From a virus (lineage: Duplodnaviria; Caudoviricetes): a DNA stretch of 64,000 nucleotides. A program made the position numbers and the translations under genes. The stretch lies in IMG/VR virus record IMGVR_UViG_3300033066_001295, positions 143,817-207,816 of that record; one strand, 5' to 3'. Positions 50,913-60,816 of this stretch are shown one piece after another. The first letter of the stretch is position 1. Each line of letters begins with the position of its first letter. The notes under the pieces are model-generated. The model was not told where the DNA came from and did no database searches. It saw only the letters and a list, made by a program, of their open reading frames with translations.

Positions 50913-52660
50913 GGCTTATGAGTCTTCTTACCTGTCTGCAACTTCCTTATATCACTGTAGTACCTTTTGATCTTCAAGAAGGCTTTGTCAAGAGACTCGT
51001 GCTGAGACATGGATGGTACATGGATGTAACCACACGTTTTACCCACAGCCAGACGCTCAACACGGCCTTTTTGCTGCTCAAGAACCTGCTCACTTGACAG
51101 ATTGTCCAGCTTGATGAAGTGGAGAAGAGACGGCACATCAAGCCCCTCAGCAGAAATAACATACTGAGAAACGACACCATCTAACTCACCCCTTTCCAAC
51201 TTTTCAAAGGTCTCAAGCTGCTTTTTACCTGAAAGGCTACCATCGACAAAACCCACCCTCAAATCGGGGTAGTGCTTGGCAAATAGATTGCGAAATTTTG
51301 ATATTTGGCGTGATCTCCTGACAGACATCACCCACTTCTCCATATTCTGGGAGAATGAGTTGGCTAAACCTGCATAGAACAGGTTGAAATCAGAGAACTC
51401 CATGACCCCTATGTCATAAGGCATCCAGTAAATGGTGTGCTTTGAATCCGGCTGAGGTTCTAGCTTAACCTCACTGTTTATGTCACTGTATATGCCACAA
51501 AGGCTTCTATCTGGCTTCACAGAACACTCTTTGCCGCATGTTTGGCAGATGTATTGAGAGCCTGTGTCTGAAAAGCCACTTTTACAGCACGAAGACACAA
51601 GCATAAACTCAGGGTACTGCCCCTCGTCGTCAGGACCCAACCAAACACCCTCTTTCCACTCTGCTAGTTCACTAGCCCGATGAAAAACAGGCACACCATT
51701 TACCAAAGCCGGGTAAAGGCCTTCATCATCAAACTTTCCACGCCATTTTGGGTGGTAGTGGTATGTGGCTATAACAGGAACAGTCCTATCCTTGGAAAAA
51801 CCAACATAAACAGGCTTACCAAAGGTGCTTTCAAGCTCAGCAGTTTTTATCTCACTTGTGTGGTAAACCATTTTTCCAGAAACAGCCCACAGGTGGCTTG
51901 GCTTACAGGTGTGGACCACCTCAAGCCAGCCTTTTGCCCTACTATGGTGAGCTTCGTCCAGAATAAGGAGGTCAACACCCTCCTTCCACTTGGCTATAGC
52001 CTCGTAGGCAAGAAGCTTGTCATTGTCCCTTGATGAGTTGGGTGTAGAAACAACAATCTGCCTCAAATCAGCCTTGCTATCACCAAGAAGACCCATCCTG
52101 TCAACATACTGAGGCAGCCTTTTCTTGAACCTCTTCTCAAGCTCACGGAGAAGAACCTTTTTAGACGTAACCACGAGTATCTTCGCATTAGGATACTTCT
52201 TGAGATAGCAGGCCATAGCCATGAAAAATATCTCAGTCTTGCCCGATCCTGTGCCAAGCTCGATGGAGCACACTTTGTGCTTCAACATGGCTGCCAGACA
52301 CTCTTTTTGAACATCATCCAGAGTGATTCCCTTCAAGAGGTCGTCACAGTATGGGATAGGCTCTACTGGAGGAGGCTCTTTCCAAGAATATTCGATGTCC
52401 TCACCCTCGATGGTCTCCTTTAACCGCTGCCTGAAGCCACAACCAACTGAAATAACAGAATATGGTTTGCCTTCAACAAAGTGTTCTGATATTCTCCGAT
52501 AAAACTTGATCATCCCGTCCCAGTCACTGAGACGTTTGAGCCTGCGCTTCATCATGGCAAGCTTGGGATGCTCGTACGAAAAACGGTTCTGTACGAAGTC
52601 AACCTCTAGCTTTGGGCCTTCAATGCGAATCCTCCAAGGCTCTTCTGAAATTTGGAGCAT
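50909..52660 (-). CDS. UvsW-like SF2 helicase with Zn-finger insertion
   Basis: LGTGSGKT, LILDEAHH, AEGLDVP, QQKGRVER. Confidence 0.85.
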   Translation of the reverse strand: MLQISEEPWRIRIEGPKLEVDFVQNRFSYEHPKLAMMKRRLKRLSDWDGMIKFYRRISEHFVEGKPYSVISVGCGFRQRLKETIEGEDIEYSWKEPPPVEPIPYCDDLLKGITLDDVQKECLAAMLKHKVCSIELGTGSGKTEIFFMAMACYLKKYPNAKILVVTSKKVLLRELEKRFKKRLPQYVDRMGLLGDSKADLRQIVVSTPNSSRDNDKLLAYEAIAKWKEGVDLLILDEAHHSRAKGWLEVVHTCKPSHLWAVSGKMVYHTSEIKTAELESTFGKPVYVGFSKDRTVPVIATYHYHPKWRGKFDDEGLYPALVNGVPVFHRASELAEWKEGVWLGPDDEGQYPEFMLVSSCCKSGFSDTGSQYICQTCGKECSVKPDRSLCGIYSDINSEVKLEPQPDSKHTIYWMPYDIGVMEFSDFNLFYAGLANSFSQNMEKWVMSVRRSRQISKFRNLFAKHYPDLRVGFVDGSLSGKKQLETFEKLERGELDGVVSQYVISAEGLDVPSLLHFIKLDNLSSEQVLEQQKGRVERLAVGKTCGYIHVPSMSQHESLDKAFLKIKRYYSDIRKLQTGKKTHKP

Positions 52661-52732
52661 AAAAAAGCATTGATATACCTAATCCAGTTCAATGTCAATT
52701 TCTTTCAAATTACTGAGGCGTAGGTATTAACG

Positions 52733-53131
52733 ATGAACATCGCACTCTGCTTCAAAAAACGGAAAAGCCTGCTTAAACAGGTGGAAGAAATGACCTCAAC
52801 GATGTCCATCCCCTGCACTCAGGCCCGACCTAAAAAGAAAAAAAGTGAAGACCTCACTGAAGCCCTCTCGGGGACGTTGTCTCCAGTGGACTTTGCCAAA
52901 GGTGATACTGTTATGAGGTGTGACCATGACATCCGCAAAGCTCGTGACTACTGGATGCAGCAAGGTAGAGAGCCAGCGAAAAGCAACGCAGAGCGTTGGT
53001 ACAAGGACATGGAAGCCGAAAGAGGCACAGTGGTAGAGGTGACATCCAATGAGCATGGACCGTACCTTGTCATCAACTGGGGTGGCAACAAAGTAAGCCA
53101 CACCCTCCCTTACAAGGTAAAAAAGGCTTAG
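52733..53131 (+). CDS. hypothetical protein (SH3-like)
   Basis: FAKGDTV..RGTVVEV..LVINW. Confidence 0.5.
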   Translation: MNIALCFKKRKSLLKQVEEMTSTMSIPCTQARPKKKKSEDLTEALSGTLSPVDFAKGDTVMRCDHDIRKARDYWMQQGREPAKSNAERWYKDMEAERGTVVEVTSNEHGPYLVINWGGNKVSHTLPYKVKKA

Positions 53132-54045
53132 TCTGAGCCACCGCCCAAAGCCCCAAGCTTGGAAGCATAAGCAGCAGCCAAGCTTTCACTAACACCTTCG
53201 AGCTTGGCAGGTGCTGAGTACCTCTTTGGAGCGGCAGGAGTGCCCTGTTCAGCCTTCTTGATGGCACGAAATTGCTTCACCATATTGATAGCACCCGTGG
53301 CACTCATGTTGCCATCCTCAGTCAGGTTATCAACGCCACCTTCAAGTGCTGTTTCACCAAGCAAAGCAGCTTGTGCCAAGGCCATATAGTCTGGCTTCTT
53401 GGATTCAAAAGTCTGGAGAATGTCATTTGTCTGGTCACCCGGATCACTCTGCTTGAAAGTGTCCTTAACCGGACCACTCTGCTGCTGCGGCTGCTGTTGT
53501 GGGGCAGGTTGCTGAGATTGCTGAGCATCAGGCTGTTGCTGAACAGGCCTATACTCCCTCTCTTCACCACCACTCTTGAGAACTTCAAGGGTGGCAAGAA
53601 CTTCAGGTGGAATTGGTTCACTGGAACCCACCGTGTTATCCGGGGCACACAAAGCAACCGTAACAGGAAACTTATCCATGGGTTCAATGGTGTGAGAGAG
53701 AGTTGAAGCTTCTGATTCACCACCCTCGTCATCGTCGTCATCGTCTGTAACACCAGCACCAGCATCGACTGTCTTCAGGCCAAGCCTTTTCAGGTCTTCA
53801 GGTGTAATGAAGGCTTCACCAGAGAAAGGGTCAGAATCAAGCTGCTCAAGAAGATTGCGCAGCAACCTCACTTCAGTCTCAGTAAAAGTGATACTGCCCC
53901 TAGCACCAGCAACCTTACGCCTCACGGTAGATTCCGTGATATGACTGTGCTCAACAAAAGACCTCTGAGGCTGCGTCGGAGTGGCCTGCCTGACGGGGGA
54001 GGAGTTAAGATACCCTTCCACCACTGAATCAATGTCAAATTTCAT
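53128..54045 (-). CDS. acidic Gln-rich protein, possible head scaffold/internal protein
   Basis: Low complexity; several xxE motifs; TAAATATA upstream. Confidence 0.5.
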   Translation of the reverse strand: MKFDIDSVVEGYLNSSPVRQATPTQPQRSFVEHSHITESTVRRKVAGARGSITFTETEVRLLRNLLEQLDSDPFSGEAFITPEDLKRLGLKTVDAGAGVTDDDDDDEGGESEASTLSHTIEPMDKFPVTVALCAPDNTVGSSEPIPPEVLATLEVLKSGGEEREYRPVQQQPDAQQSQQPAPQQQPQQQSGPVKDTFKQSDPGDQTNDILQTFESKKPDYMALAQAALLGETALEGGVDNLTEDGNMSATGAINMVKQFRAIKKAEQGTPAAPKRYSAPAKLEGVSESLAAAYASKLGALGGGSD

Positions 54046-54061
54046 ATGCTTATATTTACGC

Positions 54062-54799
54062 TCAATCAAATAGTGGTATGGCTCTTGGCTGGAAACTCAT
54101 GAGTTCGTCCCTGCACGCCTTCAACTCTTCAGTAGCCTCCTTTGACAAGGAATCACCGTCAAGTTTTATCGTGTTGCCTCCGGGTCCCGGAATATCACCA
54201 AACTTACGACGAATCAAGGCAAGCTTCTCCTTCGTTTGAGCAATTGAGAACCTTCGGATGAAGTCTTTGTGAATGAGTGATATATCCTCAAACTTTTTTG
54301 GGAGGAAGGTATAGGCACAAGCTTTTGCAAAGTCAGCCACGTTATAGATGAACAGCGTTTTACTGTCCTCATGCCACTTCCACATAGGCTCTGATGAGAT
54401 AACACGGCGAAAAGTTTTCCTCCAGTTGATGAACTCAGCAATCTCATCTCCTGAAAAGTTTGAGATTGGTGTGACACCAAGAAGGTTAAACGTAATAGGT
54501 GCTACCAGTGGGACAGGCTCAATAAAATCAACCCTCCACACGCCATAGCCAGCCTCTGGCTCACCATGATTCTTGCCCCGCATAGGGTAAGCGTGCTTAC
54601 GTGAATTGGTGTTGAGTATGGTGAACCCCTCTCTTGGGCAACGACGTGAATACTCAAGCAAAGCTGCTGATATAGCTTGGTCTATGAGATCGCTATCACT
54701 CTCACCCATACCCTCAAGCCTCCACACAGAACCCCCCAGTGATTTGCGAATGTGGTTCCTTAGCTGTGCAAGGCTGAAATCTTCGTCCAAAAGTGCCAT
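54062..54799 (-). CDS. neck/head-tail adaptor (gp13-like)
   Basis: LRNHIRKSLGG..IRRFSIAQTKEKLALIRRKFGDIPGPGGNTIKLDGDSL. Confidence 0.8.
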   Translation of the reverse strand: MALLDEDFSLAQLRNHIRKSLGGSVWRLEGMGESDSDLIDQAISAALLEYSRRCPREGFTILNTNSRKHAYPMRGKNHGEPEAGYGVWRVDFIEPVPLVAPITFNLLGVTPISNFSGDEIAEFINWRKTFRRVISSEPMWKWHEDSKTLFIYNVADFAKACAYTFLPKKFEDISLIHKDFIRRFSIAQTKEKLALIRRKFGDIPGPGGNTIKLDGDSLSKEATEELKACRDELMSFQPRAIPLFD

Positions 54800-54858
54800 G
54801 CTTATAACTACGGCCAGTCTGAAGTTGCACAAGGAGTAAATGAACATAAGCTTAGGCT

Positions 54859-56886
54859 ATGAAGAAAGACCTCAAGTCAGCACTTAACAACCCTGACAAA
54901 CTTCTGGATATACTCATAGACAAGGGTGTGGAAGTAACTGATTCACTATCCAGCGGTGATCTGGAACTCATTGCCAAGATACTTGATGAGCTAAGAGCGA
55001 CTGGTGACAGTCAGATTCTCAATGCCCTATATGAGGTTGATTATATCAAGCCACCTCCGACAATTGAAGACTTCCTGAATGATGACTACTATCTTGGTGC
55101 CGTATGCCGACCTGACAAGGACAACGACTATGAAGGCATGTTCCCAAAGTGGAAGGAATCAGTGGAGGGAATCTTCCAACCAGACAGTATAATAAATCAA
55201 ATCATTTTAGGCGGGTCAATCGGAACTGGAAAAACCTATACTGGGGTTGTGTGTACCCTCTACAAGCTGGCCCATTGCCTGAGTTTGAGAAACCCTCTGA
55301 TGTATTATGGTCTGGCACGAGGAACACACATCACCTGTTCCATCTTCTCCATCACACAGGCACAGGTCAAACGTGGTGCCTTTCAGGACATGCTCAATAT
55401 CATGAGGCTGTCACCGTTCTTTGTGGAAAAGGCCAAGGCACCGATCAAAGACAAAGCTTTCTCAGACCGTGTCATACCTATGCACAATGAGCTTCAGATA
55501 GAAGCTGGATCGAAGGTGCATGAAGCTATCGGAAGAAACACACTTATAGCTTTGATTGACGAAATCAACTTCCGTCTTGAAGCTGATGCCAGCCTGTCGG
55601 CCTACAAGCTTATATCAGCCATCGACCGTCGTCTCAAAAGCCGTTTCAAACGTGGTAACAAAAATCCGGGTCTTCTCACACTCATATCATCTGCCAATCA
55701 AGAAACAGACTTCCTTGTAAAGCACATTGAAACACAGAGGAAGGTGCCAACCACAGCCGTGTTCACCTTCGCTCAGTGGGAAGTGTTGAACAATGTCAAA
55801 TTTGTCCTGAGCGGTGAAACCTTCAAGGTAAGTGTGGGTGACAGCATTCACCCACCAAGATTGATGGAACCTAATGAAGCTGCCCACGAAGGAACCAGAG
55901 TTATTGACGTTCCAGAAGAATACAGGGACCAGTTTGAAACAAACCTTGAAGACTCAATACGTGACATTGCTGGTATATCAACCGGGTCAGTGATGAAGTT
56001 CTTCGGCAACATACGCCCACTTCTTGACAGCCTGTCTGACGACCTTGTAAACCCCTTCACGGTTGATGAGATACCTCTTGGTGTTGGATGTGGCGTTCAA
56101 ATACGTGACTTCATGATACTGGACAAATATTTCGGCCAAAGGGGTACACAGCTTTTCCCAAAAAGGCATCCGTCTGCTCCAAGATTTATTCACATAGACA
56201 TGTCAACTGGTGCTGGTGACGCTCTAGCCATTGTCTGCATTCACCCTGTTGGGACCATACAGATCAACGAACGCCATAAGGTGACTCAGAGAAAAGAGGC
56301 CATCTTAAAGCCGTCATTTGAAGTCGATTTTGTCCTCCGCATTATTCGTTCCGGCCATATCAAAGAGCCGATAGACATCGGTGAGGTAAGAATGTTCCTC
56401 TACTGGCTGAAGCTCCAAAACGTGCCAATCAAGATGATAACGGCTGACCTTCTCAGCATGTCATCTGAGACACTGGCAATCATGAGGCAACTTGGTTTTG
56501 AAGCTGAGTACCAGTCAATCGACCGGACCAAGGAACCCTACAAAACAATGCGTCAGGTGTTTGGAGAACGAAGAGTGAAAACCTTCATCCATGACTACCT
56601 CTTCCTTGAGTTGATCAACCTCGAAGACCACGAAAAGAAGATTGACCACCCACAAGAATTCACACAAAGATGGGATATAGCAGGGAAAAAAGTGCAACCA
56701 AGAGTTGGCTCAAAGGACTGTGCTGATGCCTTGTGTGGTGCCATCTATGCCGCTGAACAAAGTGAGGAGTGCTACAGCCTGCCACCGATGGAAGAGCTAG
56801 TGGAGAGGCTTCAAGCACTGTCACCTACCTTGGCAATGAGGCAGAGTGAGCATGAGGCTCCAAAAGACACCATCGTCACAATATAA
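54859..56886 (+). CDS. terL: terminase large subunit
   Basis: GGSIGTGKT, LIALIDEINF, LISSA, FIHIDMS..GDA, KIDHP, SKDCADA. Confidence 0.9.
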   Translation: MKKDLKSALNNPDKLLDILIDKGVEVTDSLSSGDLELIAKILDELRATGDSQILNALYEVDYIKPPPTIEDFLNDDYYLGAVCRPDKDNDYEGMFPKWKESVEGIFQPDSIINQIILGGSIGTGKTYTGVVCTLYKLAHCLSLRNPLMYYGLARGTHITCSIFSITQAQVKRGAFQDMLNIMRLSPFFVEKAKAPIKDKAFSDRVIPMHNELQIEAGSKVHEAIGRNTLIALIDEINFRLEADASLSAYKLISAIDRRLKSRFKRGNKNPGLLTLISSANQETDFLVKHIETQRKVPTTAVFTFAQWEVLNNVKFVLSGETFKVSVGDSIHPPRLMEPNEAAHEGTRVIDVPEEYRDQFETNLEDSIRDIAGISTGSVMKFFGNIRPLLDSLSDDLVNPFTVDEIPLGVGCGVQIRDFMILDKYFGQRGTQLFPKRHPSAPRFIHIDMSTGAGDALAIVCIHPVGTIQINERHKVTQRKEAILKPSFEVDFVLRIIRSGHIKEPIDIGEVRMFLYWLKLQNVPIKMITADLLSMSSETLAIMRQLGFEAEYQSIDRTKEPYKTMRQVFGERRVKTFIHDYLFLELINLEDHEKKIDHPQEFTQRWDIAGKKVQPRVGSKDCADALCGAIYAAEQSEECYSLPPMEELVERLQALSPTLAMRQSEHEAPKDTIVTI

Positions 56887-56930
56887 AACTGACTTTTTTG
56901 AACAAATTAAAGAAAAAACATCTTTTGTCG

Positions 56931-56958
56931 TTGACAGATGACTGACTTTCGATATAGT
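56931..56958 (+). promoter_or_regulatory. sigma70-type early promoter with conserved spacer
   Basis: TTGACA-gatgactgactttcga-TATAGT. Confidence 0.75.
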
Positions 56959-56965
56959 AAGCCCC

Positions 56966-57181
56966 ATGACGAACCTCACGCAAGCTACCGAATCGCTCAG
57001 CAAGTCAACCGCTGCAAAGCCATGAGTTCTTGTTCGCTACCTTGGCGGCTACGGAATCAAGAGGCTGGTGGTCACACCTGACAGTAAATTCGCGCAGATT
57101 GACCCGATCAACATCAACGCTGGCAGAGCACTCATCAAGAAAGGTCACGTCGTACACCCAGAAAACACTTGGGTCTGGTAA
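56966..57181 (+). pseudogene. early ORF interrupted by one in-frame TGA
   Basis: MTNLTQATESLSKSTAAKP*VLVRYLGGYGIKRL..WVW. Confidence 0.5.
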
Positions 57182-57209
57182 TCAATCAACACCACCACCA
57201 AACAACACC

Positions 57210-57467
57210 ATGAGCACCACAAACTACACCTCCGCTGTTCAATCCTCACCTGACCCCTATCGTCAGGCACGCAGATATGCTGTTCTGGAAACGAGGGTGT
57301 CACGCTCCAACAAGCTGCCTGTCACCATGGGTGGTAAAGTTCTCCACCGGGCAGTCAAAGTTCCTGCCCATCAAACTGCCGCTGCATATAGCAGGATTCA
57401 TGGGCAGGATGTGGCACTGATCCTCAAAGAAGATGGTCTCCACACGGACAGAGTCGTTCAAGCTTAA
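57210..57467 (+). CDS. hypothetical early protein
   Basis: 85-aa ORF. Confidence 0.5.
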   Translation: MSTTNYTSAVQSSPDPYRQARRYAVLETRVSRSNKLPVTMGGKVLHRAVKVPAHQTAAAYSRIHGQDVALILKEDGLHTDRVVQA

Positions 57468-57480
57468 CACCCCAACCACC

Positions 57481-57759
57481 ATGAGCTTTCCAATCGTCAA
57501 AGTTAACTACATCGCTCAAGTGTTCTCTTCACTTGGAACGAAACACTACTATCTGGCGAAAGTGTCAGGCCACCCATACAAGGGTTCACCTTGGGTGATC
57601 TGTTACAGGGACGACAACAAGCCAGAAGGCACTCTCACCATTTATGAGTGCTGGTTCAACAACCGCCACACAGCCTACCGCGCCTTCAAAGATGGCAAGC
57701 ATGACATCTTCAGCTACGCTTTCAACCCCAACATCAAGACAACCTCAGTAGCCTATTAA
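57481..57759 (+). CDS. hypothetical early protein
   Basis: 92-aa ORF. Confidence 0.5.
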   Translation: MSFPIVKVNYIAQVFSSLGTKHYYLAKVSGHPYKGSPWVICYRDDNKPEGTLTIYECWFNNRHTAYRAFKDGKHDIFSYAFNPNIKTTSVAY

Positions 57760-57765
57760 CACACC

Positions 57766-57978
57766 ATGAGCAAACTATCAGCAGTCGAAGCAAAAGCCTT
57801 TCTCAAGAAGAACAGTGGAGCCACTTTCTTCTACACCTTCAGCACTCAACAAGACGGCACTATACCATTCTGTCGTGGGGAAGTGAAGGCTGATGGAGAT
57901 GTCTCCTTTGAAGCCACCCCGCCAGTCGTGGAAGCACGTCAGGTCTTGAAAAAACTTCGCCAGCAAATTGCGGCGTAA
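57766..57978 (+). CDS. hypothetical early protein
   Basis: 70-aa ORF. Confidence 0.5.
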   Translation: MSKLSAVEAKAFLKKNSGATFFYTFSTQQDGTIPFCRGEVKADGDVSFEATPPVVEARQVLKKLRQQIAA

Positions 57979-57983
57979 CAATT

Positions 57984-58070
57984 GAGTGGTCGTGGTAGTG
58001 GTGAAAGCTGCTACTAAACACCCGGTCAGCGATCTAAACGGTACAGCCAAAGAGCGCGGGACGACCACTC
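57984..58070. ncRNA. structured RNA candidate
   Basis: GAGTGGTCGT/ACGACCACTC closing stem; GGTAGTGG-TGAAAG-CTGCTACT hairpin. Confidence 0.45.
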
Positions 58071-58105
58071 ACCACTTATGGAACATAAAACAGAGGACTT
58101 GCGCC

Positions 58106-58426
58106 CTACAGAACCAAAGCAAATAGAGGAACAAGGTGGGTAGCTTCGTCGCTCTCAATCTTGAACCACACCGGTCCACATTCCACCACCGTGCCTTCAA
58201 TACCAAGGCAACTCACTTTAGGCCGGTTGAAGCAACTGTCCGGTATTGTCTGAACGCTCCCCTTGTTCAACATCCTGAGTGTCAGGCGCAGGATCAAAAA
58301 CCAGTCCTTCTTGCGTCCCTCCATTGTCGCTGTCTTCTTTGACAACCTCCAAGCTTTCTCCACAGAATCCTCCCTCAAGTGGAGAAGCTTCGCAAGAGGG
58401 GTCACCAGATAACGGTTGTGGTTCAT
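58106..58426 (-). CDS. hypothetical protein
   Basis: 106-aa ORF. Confidence 0.45.
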   Translation of the reverse strand: MNHNRYLVTPLAKLLHLREDSVEKAWRLSKKTATMEGRKKDWFLILRLTLRMLNKGSVQTIPDSCFNRPKVSCLGIEGTVVECGPVWFKIESDEATHLVPLFALVL

Positions 58427-58934
58427 GATTCAAAATTGTCAGTATGGCTTCAAGCTGTTCCTGTGACACACGGATCATGCCAATATGGAGGATGAAATGA
58501 TCCTTGTCAGGAGCAGCCATGACGCCTCTGGGAAGATCACGTTTTCTTGGCCTGTCGGTCAACTTGATGCTTAGATCAAGAGCGGACCTTATGGCACGGT
58601 CAAAATTCGGCAAACCACTCACTTTCAGAGGGGCATATTCCTTCACAGGTTTATCGCCATTCGGTGCCCTGTTGGCCTTTTCAGCCACAAACAGCACTGG
58701 GGAAAAGAAGCCCTCACCGTGACTCCTCATGAGCAGCACGATAGCAGCCTTGCCCATGTCATAGGCATACACAGGCTCCTCCTTGATGCCTGAAAGTGTC
58801 TCTACTGTCGAAGCCTCAATGAAGCTCACCACGTCCTTCAGGGCAAGCTGCTTCTCAAGAAGACACCTCCACTGTTCGAGCCTGTTTTGAGCTTCTTCTT
58901 TTGATACTGGGGCTAGGAGATTGATTGGTTCCAT
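58218..58934 (-). CDS. hypothetical protein
   Basis: 238-aa ORF whose 3' end overlaps the next gene. Confidence 0.5.
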   Translation of the reverse strand: MEPINLLAPVSKEEAQNRLEQWRCLLEKQLALKDVVSFIEASTVETLSGIKEEPVYAYDMGKAAIVLLMRSHGEGFFSPVLFVAEKANRAPNGDKPVKEYAPLKVSGLPNFDRAIRSALDLSIKLTDRPRKRDLPRGVMAAPDKDHFILHIGMIRVSQEQLEAILTILNHEPQPLSGDPSCEASPLEGGFCGESLEVVKEDSDNGGTQEGLVFDPAPDTQDVEQGERSDNTGQLLQPA

Positions 58935-59460
58935 TTGTTTTCAGCAGTTTGTGTACAATTGATCTGAGTTCTTCCCTCTTTGCTGATGGCAGCTTCATCA
59001 GCTTTTTGCCCATATCAGCAGACTCTTCGGTTTGATTGAGCAGGCTCTTTTTCAGCCCGTCTGTGTCAAACAGGGTAGAACCTTTCGCGTCCATGAAGGA
59101 CAAAGTAGCTTGGCCCTCCTTGTAAAGGGTGGCAAGGAGCTTAACAGCATAGTCCTTGTCTTTTTCTACGTCTTCTTTCAGCTTCTCTTTATCCAGAAGA
59201 AGGGTGTGAAGCTCACCGATACCCTGCATGATCTGGAGAAGCTTGGCCATGTTATGCTGATATAACACAACATTGACCAAATCGGCACCATTTTGTAATG
59301 TTGCCAAGTAATAGTCCACCTGTTTCAACAAGTTAGCATCAGGTGTCTTACCTTCGACAGCAACACCTACAACCTTTTCAAGAGCATCAATGGACTTGTA
59401 AAAAGGCTCCTGAGTAACAGCTATGGCTGTTTTTTTAACTCTCTTCTTTCGTGTTGACAT
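58855..59460 (-). CDS. helical protein (terminase small subunit candidate)
   Basis: Long amphipathic helices and a basic N-terminus; only weak contextual support. Confidence 0.3.
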   Translation of the reverse strand: MSTRKKRVKKTAIAVTQEPFYKSIDALEKVVGVAVEGKTPDANLLKQVDYYLATLQNGADLVNVVLYQHNMAKLLQIMQGIGELHTLLLDKEKLKEDVEKDKDYAVKLLATLYKEGQATLSFMDAKGSTLFDTDGLKKSLLNQTEESADMGKKLMKLPSAKREELRSIVHKLLKTNGTNQSPSPSIKRRSSKQARTVEVSS

Positions 59461-59497
59461 TTGTGGGATATTCAAAGTATATTGGTATTCAGTATGA

Positions 59498-60025
59498 ATG
59501 CAAACCGAAAATGGATTGTTGTTGAATCAGGCTCAGGCCGACAAGTCGCTGGACCCTTTGAAGGTGACGAAGGACGGAGAAAAGCCAGTGACCAAGCCAC
59601 TAAGCTCAACGAAACAAAAGAAACAGGTCCAAAAGTGCTTCTCGAAGTCAGAGAGTTACTCCTCAGTTAAGGCTACCCTGCTATCTGATGAGCAATGGGG
59701 TAAGGTCCTTCTTGACTGCCTTGAGAGAAACATTATATCAAAGCAGGTATCAGCCTTCCTAGCCAACAAGTTTAGGTGGGCTGACAGGGCGAAGCTTTTC
59801 AAGACAATAGTTGAGGAAAAAAAGGACCTCGAAAGCATCAAGAAAAAAGTAGGTCCTTACCAGTACCTTAAATACCTTGATGAAGTCTTCACTCAGATAC
59901 TCTTCATGTCAAAAAAAGAGGGAACCTACTTACCCAGACCTATGGCAACAGAAGAACCAGCTTATGACAAGCTTGTTGTTGCCATGCTGATCGAAGACAT
60001 GTATGATCATCATTCGATACCTTAA
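59498..60025 (+). CDS. hypothetical protein
   Basis: 175-aa ORF. Confidence 0.45.
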   Translation: MQTENGLLLNQAQADKSLDPLKVTKDGEKPVTKPLSSTKQKKQVQKCFSKSESYSSVKATLLSDEQWGKVLLDCLERNIISKQVSAFLANKFRWADRAKLFKTIVEEKKDLESIKKKVGPYQYLKYLDEVFTQILFMSKKEGTYLPRPMATEEPAYDKLVVAMLIEDMYDHHSIP

Positions 60026-60041
60026 ATCAATCATCTCCAAA

Positions 60042-60593
60042 ATGACAACAGAAACTAACCCAAACGACAGAATCCTCGGCTATGCAAGCACTAAAGATTG
60101 CATGGTAAGCCTACCCCCACAGTCAGCCCACGGTGGACCTATCACAATCGAACCTCTCAGGCCGATAGTCAATCCAGAGGGTTATCTCACCGGGTATCAA
60201 CCAGCCCTCGAAAAGTATGTCAAATCAGGGATTCTCCGCCACGTCCTGATCGGTGACAAGGCTTATGGTAGCTGGAATGAGCGTCAGAAGGTCAAGAACA
60301 CTCCACGAACACCTCCAGTGCCGGAAGAAAAGGTGGCGAAGTATGGTGAGATGAACAGGGTTGACATTTCCAGCAGCCGTGGAATCCAGAACGTCACTGA
60401 AGAAACACAGCCGTCAGTGGTGAAGAACAAGGGTGGACGACCAAGGAAGGTTGTAGCCGAATCAACACCACCGGCAGCCGAACAGAGCAGTGGCCCTCAA
60501 GAACCTGAAGAGCGGGATGGCAAGTTCTGGATCGGAACCAAGGACTTCCCATCAAAGGCAGCAGCTATCGCTTTCCAGAAATTGGGTGTCTAA
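60042..60593 (+). CDS. hypothetical protein with AT-hook-like GGRPRK
   Basis: KGGRPRK. Confidence 0.5.
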   Translation: MTTETNPNDRILGYASTKDCMVSLPPQSAHGGPITIEPLRPIVNPEGYLTGYQPALEKYVKSGILRHVLIGDKAYGSWNERQKVKNTPRTPPVPEEKVAKYGEMNRVDISSSRGIQNVTEETQPSVVKNKGGRPRKVVAESTPPAAEQSSGPQEPEERDGKFWIGTKDFPSKAAAIAFQKLGV

Positions 60594-60603
60594 GACTACC
60601 CGC

Positions 60604-60813
60604 TCAAGATTTAGGAGGCTCGGATAAAACCGGGCCTCCTTTTTTTATGTCCATACCTGTCAAGAGTTTCATCACCCTGTCTGATTCGGCAGCATAGTCT
60701 GCTTCAGACACCTTCTTAAAATCCTTTGGATTGAAGAACTCACTCTTCTCTGGAAGGTCACCAAGGATGGCTAAAAAGCCCCCTGTCTTGCTGTTCTTAA
60801 AGTAGTTGATCAT
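60604..60813 (-). CDS. small fibre-associated protein
   Basis: 69-aa ORF after a fibre-like gene. Confidence 0.4.
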   Translation of the reverse strand: MINYFKNSKTGGFLAILGDLPEKSEFFNPKDFKKVSEADYAAESDRVMKLLTGMDIKKGGPVLSEPPKS

Positions 60814-60816
60814 AGC

